The translations under genes were made by a program, and so were the position numbers. A stretch of DNA of 64,000 nt from an uncultured Desulfobacterales bacterium. Lineage in GTDB: Bacteria; Desulfobacterota; Desulfobacteria; Desulfobacterales; SpSt-501. The stretch is from positions 19,568 to 83,567 of the forward strand of contig CALIUY010000030.1 of the NCBI GenBank assembly GCA_938048455.1. The letters are read 5' to 3'. The first letter of the stretch is position 1. Each line of letters opens with the position of its first letter. The notes beneath the pieces were generated by a model. It made no database searches and was not told where the DNA came from. It saw only the letters and a list, made by a program, of their open reading frames with translations. Of this stretch, positions 8,845-18,066 are shown piece after piece.

Positions 8845-9927
8845 ATGGAGCAAATCGCCGAAACCACGCGCCAGACCTACGAAGGATGGGATGAATTCTA
8901 CCGCAAAGCGGTCGATGAAAAGCTTGATTTTTTCCGCCAGGACGGGCGCATCTTCGATGTGATCTTCGCCCAGCAGTTCGATCGCCGCTTTCTGGATGAC
9001 CTGTGCCGTCTGGCGGACCGGATCCGGCTTCTCGCCAAAACCAAAAGCGGCGCTCTTCTCCTCAGCCGTCTTCTGCCCCACAAGCGCGCCATGCTCTATT
9101 TCGTGCAGCCCTCGACGCGCACCTTTCTGTCGTTTCAGAACGCCTGCTACCTCCTCGGCCTGCGCGTCTCGGAAAGCCGGGGGACGAGCACGAGTTCCGA
9201 AGTCAAGGGCGAATCCCCCGAGGACACGATCCGCACCTTCGCGAGCTACGTCGACCTGATCGTCTGCCGGCACCCCGAGGCGGGCTTCGCCGAAAAGACG
9301 GCCTGGGTGCTCAACCAGACCGAGCGGCCGGTTCCCGTCTTGAACGGCGGATCCGGCCCGGACCAGCACCCGACGCAAGCCCTGCTCGACATCTACACCC
9401 TGGAGCGCGAGTTCCAGGCGACCGGCGGGCTGGACGGCAAGCGGATCGCCATGGTGGGGGACCTCAAGCGCGGGAGGACGGTGCGCTCGCTGTCCTACCT
9501 CATGAAAAACTATCGCGGGGTGAGCCTCACCTTCGTTTCCCCCGAAGTCTACCGGATGAAGGAGGACATCAAGCAGTTCCTGCGCAAGCACGGGATCCCC
9601 TTCACCGAGACCGACGACTTCGAGAGCATCCTGCCCCACGTCGATGCGATTTACATGACCCGCATCCAGAACGAGTACGCGAGCGACCCCCGGAGCGAAA
9701 GCGAAACCTATCCCGCCTACCACTTCAAAAAAGAGCACCTCGCCCGAATCTCCCCCCATTGCGTCATCATGCACCCCCTGCCGCGGCGCTACGAGATCGA
9801 GGTCGCCGTGGACAAGGACCCACGTGCGGCCTATTGGCGGCAGGAACGAAACGGCATGTGGATCCGCGCCGCCCTCATCGCCCACCTTTTCCGCGTGGAA
9901 AAGGAGATCCTCGCCGAGTTCGCCTGA
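8845..9927 (+). CDS. pyrB: Aspartate carbamoyltransferase-family protein (ATCase-like catalytic chain with about 45-aa N-terminal extension)
   Basis: Motifs PSTRTFLSF (STRT), VKGES, CRHP, QHPTQALLD, GDLKRGRTV, MTRIQNE and HPLPR, the last being ATCase-type rather than the OTCase HCLP. The second Arg of the usual STRTR is Phe. No pyrI or pyrC adjacent. Confidence 0.7.
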   Translation: MEQIAETTRQTYEGWDEFYRKAVDEKLDFFRQDGRIFDVIFAQQFDRRFLDDLCRLADRIRLLAKTKSGALLLSRLLPHKRAMLYFVQPSTRTFLSFQNACYLLGLRVSESRGTSTSSEVKGESPEDTIRTFASYVDLIVCRHPEAGFAEKTAWVLNQTERPVPVLNGGSGPDQHPTQALLDIYTLEREFQATGGLDGKRIAMVGDLKRGRTVRSLSYLMKNYRGVSLTFVSPEVYRMKEDIKQFLRKHGIPFTETDDFESILPHVDAIYMTRIQNEYASDPRSESETYPAYHFKKEHLARISPHCVIMHPLPRRYEIEVAVDKDPRAAYWRQERNGMWIRAALIAHLFRVEKEILAEFA

Positions 9928-10701
9928 ATGGTCGACCTCGAAATCGGCCCCGCCATCCTTCGCGGCGTCCGTCTGGTCATCTTCGACAAGGACGGAACGC
10001 TGATCGAACTCTATCCCTACATCTCCCAAACCGTGCTCCAGCGTGCCCGGCGGCTCGGAGAGGCGCTCGGCCTTACCGCCGAGGAAGAAGCCGGTCTGGT
10101 CCGCGCCCTGGGCGTGGACGTGGCCGCGCGCCGCATCCGGCCGGAGGGACCGGCCGGGATCCGCACGCGTCGGGAGGTTCTCGAGGCGGCCGTTGCTTAC
10201 CTGGAGCGAATCGGCCGGCCGCGGGCCGATGTCCTGTGCCGGGAAGTTTTCGCGGCCGTGGACGAGCTCTCCGCCCGGGACCCGAAGCCTTTCATCCGCC
10301 CGGCCCGGGGGGCGATTCCGCTGGTCAAGGCTTTACGGGCGCGGGGATGTCGGGTGGCGGTCGCCACGCAGGACCTGACCGCACGGGCGCGGCTCACCCT
10401 GCAAGTCTTGGGGCTCGAAGATCGGATCGACGCGCTCGTGGGCGCGGACCGGGTCAGCCGTCCCAAGCCGCACCCCGAGGCGATCCTTTTTCTGCTCGCG
10501 CAACTCGGCGTTTCCGCCGCGCAGGCGGTGATGGTGGGCGATGCGCCGACCGATCTGGAGATGGCGCAGCGGGCGGGTCTTGTCGCGGCCATCGGAGTCC
10601 TGGGGGGGATCGCCTCGGAGGAAACCCTGCGGGCGGCCACCCCTCACGTAGTGCCCGATCTTTGCGCCATCCGGATCCATCCGGCGGCGAAGGGGAGGTG
10701 A
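9928..10701 (+). CDS. HAD-superfamily hydrolase (phosphatase, subfamily IA-like)
   Basis: ATG abuts the upstream TGA (TGAATG). Motif I VIFDKDGTL, motif II VAVATQD, and motif III/IV region KPHPE...MVGDAPTDLEMAQRAG. Confidence 0.8.
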   Translation: MVDLEIGPAILRGVRLVIFDKDGTLIELYPYISQTVLQRARRLGEALGLTAEEEAGLVRALGVDVAARRIRPEGPAGIRTRREVLEAAVAYLERIGRPRADVLCREVFAAVDELSARDPKPFIRPARGAIPLVKALRARGCRVAVATQDLTARARLTLQVLGLEDRIDALVGADRVSRPKPHPEAILFLLAQLGVSAAQAVMVGDAPTDLEMAQRAGLVAAIGVLGGIASEETLRAATPHVVPDLCAIRIHPAAKGR

Positions 10702-10705
10702 ATTC

Positions 10706-11599
10706 TTGGAAATCCATTGCAGTCCCCACGTCCTCGAGGAATTGCTGTCGCTTCTCGATCTCGAGCCGATCGAGGAAAACCTCTTCCGCGGCCAAAGCCA
10801 GGACCTGGGGTTGGGCAGCGTCTACGGCGGGCAGGTTCTCGGCCAGGCCCTCTCGGCGGCTTACCGCACGGTTCCCGAAGGTCGCCGCGCCCACAGCCTG
10901 CACGCCTACTTCCTGCGACCCGGGGATGTGCGGCGGCCGATCGTCTACCACGTGGACCGCATCCGCGACGGCAAGAGCTTTACCACGCGGCGGGTCGTGG
11001 CCGTGCAAAAAGGGGTGGCGATTCTCAACCTCTCCTCCTCCTTTCAGCTCGCGGAGACGGGCTTCGAACACCAGGATCCGATGCCCGAAGTCCCCGGGCC
11101 CGAGGGGCTGCCCTCGGAACTCGAGCTCGCCCGCGCGATCGCCGAACAGATCCCGCAGGGGTTGCGCGAAAAACTGCTCTGCCGGCGGCCGATCGAGGTC
11201 CGCCCCGTGAACCCCATGAACCCCTTCGCCCCCGAAAGGCGACCGCCGGTCCGCCACCATTGGATCCGGGCGATCGACCGACTGCCGGACGACCCCGCCG
11301 TACACCAGTATCTGCTCGCCTACGCCTCCGACTACGGACTGGTCGTCACTTCGCTCTACCCCCACGGGAAGAGCTTCTGGCAGCCGGCGATGCAGGTCGC
11401 CAGCCTCGATCATGCGATGTGGTTCCACCGGCCCTTCCGCATGGACGAGTGGCTCCTTTATACCATGGCCAGCCCGAACGCCTGCGGCGCCCGCGGCCTC
11501 GCCCACGGCCGGGTCTACGACCGCCGCGGCGCCCTCGTCGCCTCCGTGGCCCAGGAAGGGCTGATCCGTTTCCACGAGGCGGCGCCGACGCCGCGGTAG
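10706..11599 (+). CDS. tesB: Acyl-CoA thioesterase II
   Basis: TTG start 7 nt after GGGGAGG. Collinear with E. coli TesB from the N-terminus (LLSLLDLEPIEENLFRGQSQDLGLGSVYGGQVLGQAL...HSLHAYFLRPGD...PIVYHVDRIRDGKSFTTRRV.A.Q.G..I....SFQ). Confidence 0.9.
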   Translation: MEIHCSPHVLEELLSLLDLEPIEENLFRGQSQDLGLGSVYGGQVLGQALSAAYRTVPEGRRAHSLHAYFLRPGDVRRPIVYHVDRIRDGKSFTTRRVVAVQKGVAILNLSSSFQLAETGFEHQDPMPEVPGPEGLPSELELARAIAEQIPQGLREKLLCRRPIEVRPVNPMNPFAPERRPPVRHHWIRAIDRLPDDPAVHQYLLAYASDYGLVVTSLYPHGKSFWQPAMQVASLDHAMWFHRPFRMDEWLLYTMASPNACGARGLAHGRVYDRRGALVASVAQEGLIRFHEAAPTPR

Positions 11600-11678
11600 A
11601 GCGGCTTTCGCCCGCGCAGATGGATTCTGCACTCGGCCGCCGGTCACGAGCGCGCTCTGTTTCCTGAAGGCAGCGGTT

Positions 11679-13184
11679 TCAGGGCTCTTTCGGGATCAGG
11701 CCCCCGGAGCGCCGGCGGAAAGCGGAGAGGACCGCGGCGACAAGGATGGCCGCCGTGATGAGCAGGCAGACGAGACTGATCGGCCGGGTCACGAACACGG
11801 CGAAGTTTCCGCGCGAGAACATCAGGGCGGACTTGAAGTAGTACTCGACGAGCGGGCCGAGGACGAAAGCGAGAACGAGCGGGGGGGCGTCGAACTTGAG
11901 CTTCTTCAAGAGATAGCCCACCACCCCGAAGCCGAGCATGAGGTAGACGTCGGTCGTGCTGTTGGCGACCGAGTAGGAGCCGACGATGCAGAAGAGCACG
12001 ATCGCCGGCATCAGAAAGGGGTAGGGGATCTTCAAGAGCTGCACCCAAAGGCCGATGAGCGGCAGGTTGAGGACGAGGAGCATGACGTTTCCCACGTACA
12101 TGCTCGCGATCACCCCCCAGAAGATCTCCGGGTTCTTGGTGAGCAGAAGCGGACCCGGCGTCACCCCGTGCAGGATCAGCGCCCCCAAGAGCAAGGCCAT
12201 GACCACGTTCGCCGGAAGCCCCAGGGTCAACAGCGGAATGAAGGCCGCCTGGGCCGCCGAGTTGTTCGCGGCCTCGGGCGAGGCGACCCCTTCGATCATC
12301 CCCGTCCCGAAGCGCTCGGGGTGTCGCGAAAAGCGCTTCTCCACGGCGTAGGCGACGAAGGAGGAAAGCACCGCCCCCCCGCCCGGCAGAATGCCGAGAA
12401 AGAAGCCGATCACCGAGCCCCGCAGGAGCGCCCACTTGGCCTGGATCCAGTCCTCGAGCGTGGGCAAAAGCCCCTTCACTTTGGTCTTGAAGATTTCGCG
12501 GTCGATGTGCTGCTCCAGGTTGAGGATGACCTCGGAGACGCCGAAGAGCCCCATGACCAGCGGGACGAGCCCGACCCCGTCCATCAGATCGACCAGGCCG
12601 AAGGTGAAACGAACCGAGCCCGAAACCGTGTCCGTCCCCACCGTCCCCAAAAGGATCCCGAAACAGGCCGCCATGAGCGAGCGGACCATGGACTCCCCGG
12701 TGAGGAAGCTCAAAACCACCATCCCCATGCACATGAGGGAGAAATACTCGGGGGGCCCGAACTTGAGCGCGAAGGTGGCCAGCGGCGGGGCCATCAGCGT
12801 CAAGCCCAGAACCCCCAGGGTGCCGGCGATGAAGGAGCCGAAGGCGGAGATGCCGAGCGCGCGCCCCGCTTTTCCTTGGCGGGCCATTTGGTAGCCGTCG
12901 AGGCAGGTCATCACCGAGGCCGCCTCGCCCGGAATGTTGACGAGAATCGAGGTCGTCGAGCCGCCGTACATGGCGCCGTAGTAGATCCCGGCAAGCATGA
13001 TGATCGCCGTGACCGGCGGAACGTGGAAGGTGGCCGGAAGCAGCAGGGCCATGGCCGCCGTGGGCCCGAGACCCGGAAGCACGCCGACGAGCGTGCCGAT
13101 CAGGCAGCCGAGAAAGCAATAAAAGAGATTCGTCGGCTCCAGGGCGACGGCGAAGCCGGTTCCTAATTCAGCAAAGAGCTCCAT
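11679..13184 (-). CDS. tctA: Tripartite tricarboxylate transporter, large permease TctA
   Basis: ORF 11679..13355 trimmed to ATG 13184 (MELFAELGTGFAVAL...LIGTLVGVLPGLGPTAAMALLLP). About 500 aa, polytopic, TctA-type. Confidence 0.9.
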   Translation of the reverse strand: MELFAELGTGFAVALEPTNLFYCFLGCLIGTLVGVLPGLGPTAAMALLLPATFHVPPVTAIIMLAGIYYGAMYGGSTTSILVNIPGEAASVMTCLDGYQMARQGKAGRALGISAFGSFIAGTLGVLGLTLMAPPLATFALKFGPPEYFSLMCMGMVVLSFLTGESMVRSLMAACFGILLGTVGTDTVSGSVRFTFGLVDLMDGVGLVPLVMGLFGVSEVILNLEQHIDREIFKTKVKGLLPTLEDWIQAKWALLRGSVIGFFLGILPGGGAVLSSFVAYAVEKRFSRHPERFGTGMIEGVASPEAANNSAAQAAFIPLLTLGLPANVVMALLLGALILHGVTPGPLLLTKNPEIFWGVIASMYVGNVMLLVLNLPLIGLWVQLLKIPYPFLMPAIVLFCIVGSYSVANSTTDVYLMLGFGVVGYLLKKLKFDAPPLVLAFVLGPLVEYYFKSALMFSRGNFAVFVTRPISLVCLLITAAILVAAVLSAFRRRSGGLIPKEP

Positions 13185-13630
13185 AGTCTTCCGGCGGGCA
13201 GCCTCGCGCCGAGCAGCACCGAAAAGAGGATGTAGGTCATGGCCAGGGTGAAGAGGGCTCCCAGAAACACCGTCCGCCACCGGAGCGGCTCGACGCAGCG
13301 GAAAAGAAAGAGGAGCAGCACGAAGGTGCAAGGCAGAAAGCCGAAGATCTCCCAAGCCCGCACATAAAGGAAAAGCACTCCAGCCACGACGCCGATGCGC
13401 AAGAGATCGGCACCGCGGAAGAGTGCCTTCGCCTGCGGTTCTTCGCGCCCGGCCGCCGCACGGATCAGGCCGATCAGGGCGAGCCCTCCCAGGGCGGCCG
13501 CCGCGATGAAGGGCAGAAATCCGGGCCCCGGCCGGCCGAAGGTGCCGAAGCCGAGTCGGCCGGCCTCTGCGGCGGCGGCGAGCGCCACCCCGCCCCAGAC
13601 GAGGTAGGTGATGACCCAGACCCGTTTCAT
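13163..13630 (-). CDS. tctB: Tripartite tricarboxylate transporter, small permease TctB
   Basis: Protein of about 155 aa with four hydrophobic segments, lying between tctC and tctA and overlapping the tctA start by 22 nt. ATG 13630 is preferred over the TTG at 13639. Confidence 0.75.
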   Translation of the reverse strand: MKRVWVITYLVWGGVALAAAAEAGRLGFGTFGRPGPGFLPFIAAAALGGLALIGLIRAAAGREEPQAKALFRGADLLRIGVVAGVLFLYVRAWEIFGFLPCTFVLLLFLFRCVEPLRWRTVFLGALFTLAMTYILFSVLLGARLPAGRLWSSLLN

Positions 13631-13649
13631 GCCCGGCAAGGCGGCCCGA

Positions 13650-14600
13650 CTACGGCTTGAGGAAATTCTTCGCCTGAATGCCCGCCTCCTCGTAGGCCGC
13701 GGCCCAGTACTTCGCGAAGTCGGCCGTGTTCTGGTAGAGGACGGGCATCTCGTAGGTCGCCATGGCTTTGAGGAAGCCGGGGTCGGAGAGCGCCTTGTGG
13801 AAGGCGTCGTGCAACACCTTGACTCGCTCGGGGGCCATCCCCTTGGGACCGACGATCCCGATCGGCGAGTTGTGCACCACCTTGTAGCCGGCCTCCTGGA
13901 CCGTGGGGACGTCGGGGAAGCGTTTCACGCGCTCCTGGCCGTAGGTGGCGAGCAGCTTGAGTTTTCCGGCCTCGACGAGCGGGATCCATCCCGAGGTGGT
14001 GGAGATGAAATCCACATGTCCCCCCAAGAGGGCGGCCGAGGACTCCTGGTCGCCTTTCGAGGGCAGGTGGTTGAACTTGACGCCGGCGTTCGCGGCCATC
14101 TCCTCGGCGGCGATGTGGCCGCCGGTGCCGATCCCGGAGGCCATGTAGCTCACCTGCCCGGGCCGGGCGCGCGCGTCCTCGATCAAGTCCTTGAGGGTTT
14201 TGTACTTGGAATCCGGCTGCACGAGGATGCCGTAGAGGTAGCCGCCCACGCGGAGAATGGGGGTGACGTCTTTTACGGTGTCGAAGGCAAGCTTGTTGAT
14301 GTGGGCGACCCGGTGGAGGCTCGTCACGACGACGGAGAGCAGATAGCCGTCGGGCTCTTTGCCGATGATCGAGCCCACCCCGACGGCGCCGCCGCCGCCG
14401 CCCTTGTTTTCCACGAGCACGGGCTGGCCGAGGATCTTCCCGGCCGCCTCGGCGAGCGGCCGGATGACGACGTCGGTCGCCCCGCCCGCCGGGTAGGGGA
14501 CGATCAGGGTGATCGGCTTGTTCGGAAAGGCGAAGGCCGACCCGCAAGCCAAACTGACGAGAGCCAGGACGAAGATGATCTTCACGACGCTCGGGCGCAT
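13650..14600 (-). CDS. tctC: Tripartite tricarboxylate transporter substrate-binding protein (TctC / Bug family)
   Basis: AGGAGG RBS and a signal peptide, then the Bug-family signature PNKPITLIVPYPAGGATDVVIRPLAEAAGKILGQPVLVENKGGGGGAVG. Confidence 0.88.
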   Translation of the reverse strand: MRPSVVKIIFVLALVSLACGSAFAFPNKPITLIVPYPAGGATDVVIRPLAEAAGKILGQPVLVENKGGGGGAVGVGSIIGKEPDGYLLSVVVTSLHRVAHINKLAFDTVKDVTPILRVGGYLYGILVQPDSKYKTLKDLIEDARARPGQVSYMASGIGTGGHIAAEEMAANAGVKFNHLPSKGDQESSAALLGGHVDFISTTSGWIPLVEAGKLKLLATYGQERVKRFPDVPTVQEAGYKVVHNSPIGIVGPKGMAPERVKVLHDAFHKALSDPGFLKAMATYEMPVLYQNTADFAKYWAAAYEEAGIQAKNFLKP

Positions 14601-14718
14601 GGAAATCCTCCTTTCTTTTGAAGGATTGTGCTCGCTTCCCCTATGCGATCACCCGGAAGGTGTCAAGATCCGCCCGGAGCTGACTTGCCGACGTTTTTCG
14701 TGCTATGTGCCCATCGGA

Positions 14719-16155
14719 ATGGATGTCACTGCTCTGCTGCGGAGGAACCTGGAAGGCATGAAACCCTACACGCCGGTCACTGCCGAAGATCTCGAGGAAC
14801 TCGCGACGATCCTGCCGCCCGAGCGCATCTCCACGGGGAACTCGCAACTCGATCTCCACGCCCGTGACCAGTCGGCGCACCCCGCCTGCCGGCCGGAAGT
14901 GGTGCTCTGGCCGGAGACGGCCGAGGAAACCGCGCGCATCCTTCGCCACGCCGATCGTCGTCGCATCCCCGTCGTCGGCTGGGGTTCGGGATCGAGCCTG
15001 GAGGGGAACCCCATTCCCGTCTGCCGCGGCCTCGTCATCGACTTCAGCCGCATGAACCGCATCCTCGCCGTGCGCGAGGAGGACTTCCAGGCCGACGTGC
15101 AGCCCGGGGTGGTCTACCAGGACTTGAACGACCGGCTGCGGCACACGGGCCTCTTTTTCCCCCCGGATCCCGGCGCACGGGCGACGATCGGCGGCATGAT
15201 CGCCAACAACGCAAGCGGCACGCGCACGGTCCTCTACGGCTCGACGCGGGACTACGTGCTGCGGCTCGTGGTGGCGCTCGCCTCGGGGGAGATCCTCGAA
15301 CTCGGCACCCGCGCCAACAAAAGCTCCTCGGGCTACGCGCTGCTTCACCTCTTCGTCGGCTCCGAGGGCACCCTCGGCCTCGTGGTCGAGGCCACGCTTC
15401 GTCTCGTCGGCGCCCCGGCCGAAGTCTCGGCCGCGGTGGCGACCTTTCCCTCGATCGCGGCCGCGGCCCGGGCGGTCTTCGAGATCAAGCGCGCCGGGCT
15501 GAACCCCGCCGCCCTGGAGCTGCTCGGGCCGGAATGCATCGCGCTCATGAACCGCGAGGAGGATCTGGCTCTTGCGCTTTCGCCCACGCTGTTCCTCGAG
15601 TTCCACGGCACAAGCGCAAGCCAGCTCGCCGAAGGATTGGAGGCCGCCTCCGAGATCTGCGCCTCATCCGGCGGGCTTGATTTCCGGCCCGGTCTGGGCC
15701 GCGCCGAGCGCGACCGCATCTTCAGGGCGCGCCATGGGCTGGGGGAGATGATCCAGCGCAACCACCCCGAACACCGCATCCTCGTCATGGACGTCGCCGT
15801 CCCGCTCACGGCCTACGGGGAACTGCTCTCGACCATGGAAGCCGAGGTCGGCGCCCACGGGCTTACGGCCTACACCCTCAGCCACGCCGGAAACGGGAAC
15901 GTCCACCTGAACATCGCCGGCCGCCGGGACGACCCCGCGGAGTGGGAGCTCGTGCAGCAGGTCTCGGGCCGGATCGTGCACCGGGCGATCGCGCTGGGCG
16001 GAACGGCAACCGGCGAGCACGGGGTCGGGCTGGGAAAACGCCGTTACATGCCTCTTCAACACGGGGCGAGCCTTGCCTGGATGCGGCGCGTGAAGGAGCT
16101 CTTCGACCCCCGGGGGATTCTCAACCCGGGGAAAATCTTCCCCGAGGAGGGCTGA
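14719..16155 (+). CDS. FAD-binding oxidoreductase, GlcD / D-lactate dehydrogenase-like (paralog of 441..2102)
   Basis: ORF 14509..16155 trimmed to ATG 14719. PVVGWGSGSSLEGN, NNASGTRTVLYGSTRDYV, LFVGSEGTLGLVVEATLRL, HAGNGNVHLNI, GEHGVGLGKR and ILNPGKIF. The start could instead be the ATG at 14758. Confidence 0.85.
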   Translation: MDVTALLRRNLEGMKPYTPVTAEDLEELATILPPERISTGNSQLDLHARDQSAHPACRPEVVLWPETAEETARILRHADRRRIPVVGWGSGSSLEGNPIPVCRGLVIDFSRMNRILAVREEDFQADVQPGVVYQDLNDRLRHTGLFFPPDPGARATIGGMIANNASGTRTVLYGSTRDYVLRLVVALASGEILELGTRANKSSSGYALLHLFVGSEGTLGLVVEATLRLVGAPAEVSAAVATFPSIAAAARAVFEIKRAGLNPAALELLGPECIALMNREEDLALALSPTLFLEFHGTSASQLAEGLEAASEICASSGGLDFRPGLGRAERDRIFRARHGLGEMIQRNHPEHRILVMDVAVPLTAYGELLSTMEAEVGAHGLTAYTLSHAGNGNVHLNIAGRRDDPAEWELVQQVSGRIVHRAIALGGTATGEHGVGLGKRRYMPLQHGASLAWMRRVKELFDPRGILNPGKIFPEEG

Positions 16156-16159
16156 GGCC

Positions 16160-17509
16160 GTGCCGAAGGCCGTCTTGCGTCATCTCACGCAGCGCAACCC
16201 CTGCATGGTCCGCGGGGAAGGGGTCTACCTCTTCGACGCCGAGGGCAAACGCTACCTCGACGGGGCAAGCGGCTCCTCGCTCGTCTGCAATCTCGGCCAC
16301 GGGGAGGCCGCGGTGGCCGAGGCGATCGCCCGCCAGGCGGGCACCCTGGCCTACAACCCCTTCCACTGCTCGCACTCCGAGGCCTACCTCGAGCTCGCCG
16401 AGAGGCTCGTGCGCATCGCCCCGCCCGGGTTCGGGAGGGTCTTCGCCGTGAGCTCGGGCTCCGAGGCCGTGGAGAACTGCCTCAAGTTCAGCCGCCAAGC
16501 GCATCTCGCCTGCGGGGAACCGGGCCGCCACCAGGTGATCGGCCGCTGGCAGTCCTACCACGGAAACACCCTGGGCGCGCTCGCCTGCGGCGGCCACACC
16601 GGCAGGCGAAGGAAACACTTGCCGCAACTTGCGGCTGGGGTGCATATCCCGCCCGCCTTTTGCTACCGCTGCCCCTTCGAAAAGACCCACCCCGCCTGCG
16701 GGCTTCTCTGCGCCCGGGCGCTCGAGACCGCCATCCGGCAGCTCGGAGCCGAAAACGTGGCCGCCTTCATCGCCGAGCCCGTGGTCGGGGCGGCGCTCGG
16801 CGCCGTGCCCGCCCCGCCGGGGTACTTCGAGCTCGTGCGCGTGATCTGCACGCGATACGGCGTGCACTTCATCGCCGACGAGGTAATGTGCGGCCTGGGG
16901 CGCACGGGACGGCCCTTCGCCATCGACCACTGGGAAGTCACGCCGGATCTGATCGCGACCGGCAAGGGCCTGGGGGCCGGCTATTTCCCCATGGCCGCTT
17001 GCCTGATCGCCGAGGCGCTCGCTGCGGACGTGGAGCGCCGCGGGGCCGCTTTCGAAGGAGTCCACACCTGCTGCGGCCATCTGCTCGGAAGCCGCGTGGG
17101 CTGCCTCATGCTCGAGCGGCTGGTGGAGAGAAGGCTTGCCGAAAACGCGGCCCGGCAGGGGGCGCGGCTGCTCGCGGGGCTCCAAGAGATCGCCCGGCGC
17201 CGGACCTCGATCGGTGATGTGCGCGGGCTGGGTTTGATGGCGGGGGTGGAGTTCGTGCGCGACCGGAAAACCCGGGAGCCTTATCCCCCCGGGCTTCGTT
17301 TCGCGGAGCGGGTGATGGATGCTTGCCTCGAACGCGGCCTCATCGTCTTTCCGGGCCACGGGACCGTCGAGGGGGTCGCCGGCGACCACCTGCTTCTCGG
17401 TCCGCCGCTCGTCATCGGGGAGCAAGAGGTGGACGAACTGCTATCGATCCTCGAGGAGGCGCTCGCCTTCGTGGAAGGCGACCCCGAGGTGGCCGCCTTC
17501 AGCCGATGA
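16160..17509 (+). CDS. Class III (omega-type) PLP-dependent aminotransferase
   Basis: GTG start after GAGGAGG, 4 nt downstream of the preceding stop. GSSLVCNLGHGE, SSGSEAVENCLKF, SYHGNTLGAL, FIAEPV.GA and ADEVMCGLGRTGRPFAIDHW..PDLI..GKGLG.G. Confidence 0.88.
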   Translation: MPKAVLRHLTQRNPCMVRGEGVYLFDAEGKRYLDGASGSSLVCNLGHGEAAVAEAIARQAGTLAYNPFHCSHSEAYLELAERLVRIAPPGFGRVFAVSSGSEAVENCLKFSRQAHLACGEPGRHQVIGRWQSYHGNTLGALACGGHTGRRRKHLPQLAAGVHIPPAFCYRCPFEKTHPACGLLCARALETAIRQLGAENVAAFIAEPVVGAALGAVPAPPGYFELVRVICTRYGVHFIADEVMCGLGRTGRPFAIDHWEVTPDLIATGKGLGAGYFPMAACLIAEALAADVERRGAAFEGVHTCCGHLLGSRVGCLMLERLVERRLAENAARQGARLLAGLQEIARRRTSIGDVRGLGLMAGVEFVRDRKTREPYPPGLRFAERVMDACLERGLIVFPGHGTVEGVAGDHLLLGPPLVIGEQEVDELLSILEEALAFVEGDPEVAAFSR

Positions 17510-17978
17510 AGGCGGCGGCGAAGACGCCGATCATGGCGAAGACGAGGCCCGCCTTGACGCCGAGCGCCACCACGAACCCCATCCACGCCGCGACCCCCGC
17601 CCGGCCTGCACGGGCCGGATCCCGGTGCGCGATGAACTCGCCCACAAGCGCACCCGCAAAGGGTCCGATCAGGATGCCCGGCAGGCCGAAGAAGAGGCCG
17701 ACGATCATCCCGAGCATGGCCCCGACCACGGCCGCACGGCCGGCCCCCGCGCGCTTCACGCCCCAGCCCGCGGCGAGAACGTCGATCAGCAAGGATGCCG
17801 CGGTCATCGCCGCCAGCACGAGAATCGTCCCCGTCCCCGCATGGCGGAAGCCGTCCGCCCAGGCGGCAAGCAGGAGCCCGCCGAAGACGAGCGGGGTCCC
17901 CGGAAGGCCCGGCACCACCACCCCCACGAGCCCCGCGGCGACCAGCAGCACCCCCAACGCCCACCCCAGAATCTCCAT
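17499..17978 (-). CDS. DUF456-family membrane protein
   Basis: ORF 17499..18158 trimmed to ATG 17978 (MEILGWALGVLLVAAGLVGVVVPGLPGTPLVFGGLLLAAW...). Gly-rich TM helices with a DUF456-like layout. The 3' end overlaps the convergent aminotransferase gene by 11 nt. Confidence 0.65.
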   Translation of the reverse strand: MEILGWALGVLLVAAGLVGVVVPGLPGTPLVFGGLLLAAWADGFRHAGTGTILVLAAMTAASLLIDVLAAGWGVKRAGAGRAAVVGAMLGMIVGLFFGLPGILIGPFAGALVGEFIAHRDPARAGRAGVAAWMGFVVALGVKAGLVFAMIGVFAAAFIG

Positions 17979-18066
17979 GTTCAGGGTATAGCCGATCCCG
18001 GGCCGCCTCGGCAACGGCGGCCGATGCTTTTCTTTCACCGGTGATTCCGCTAGGATCGAACGGATC

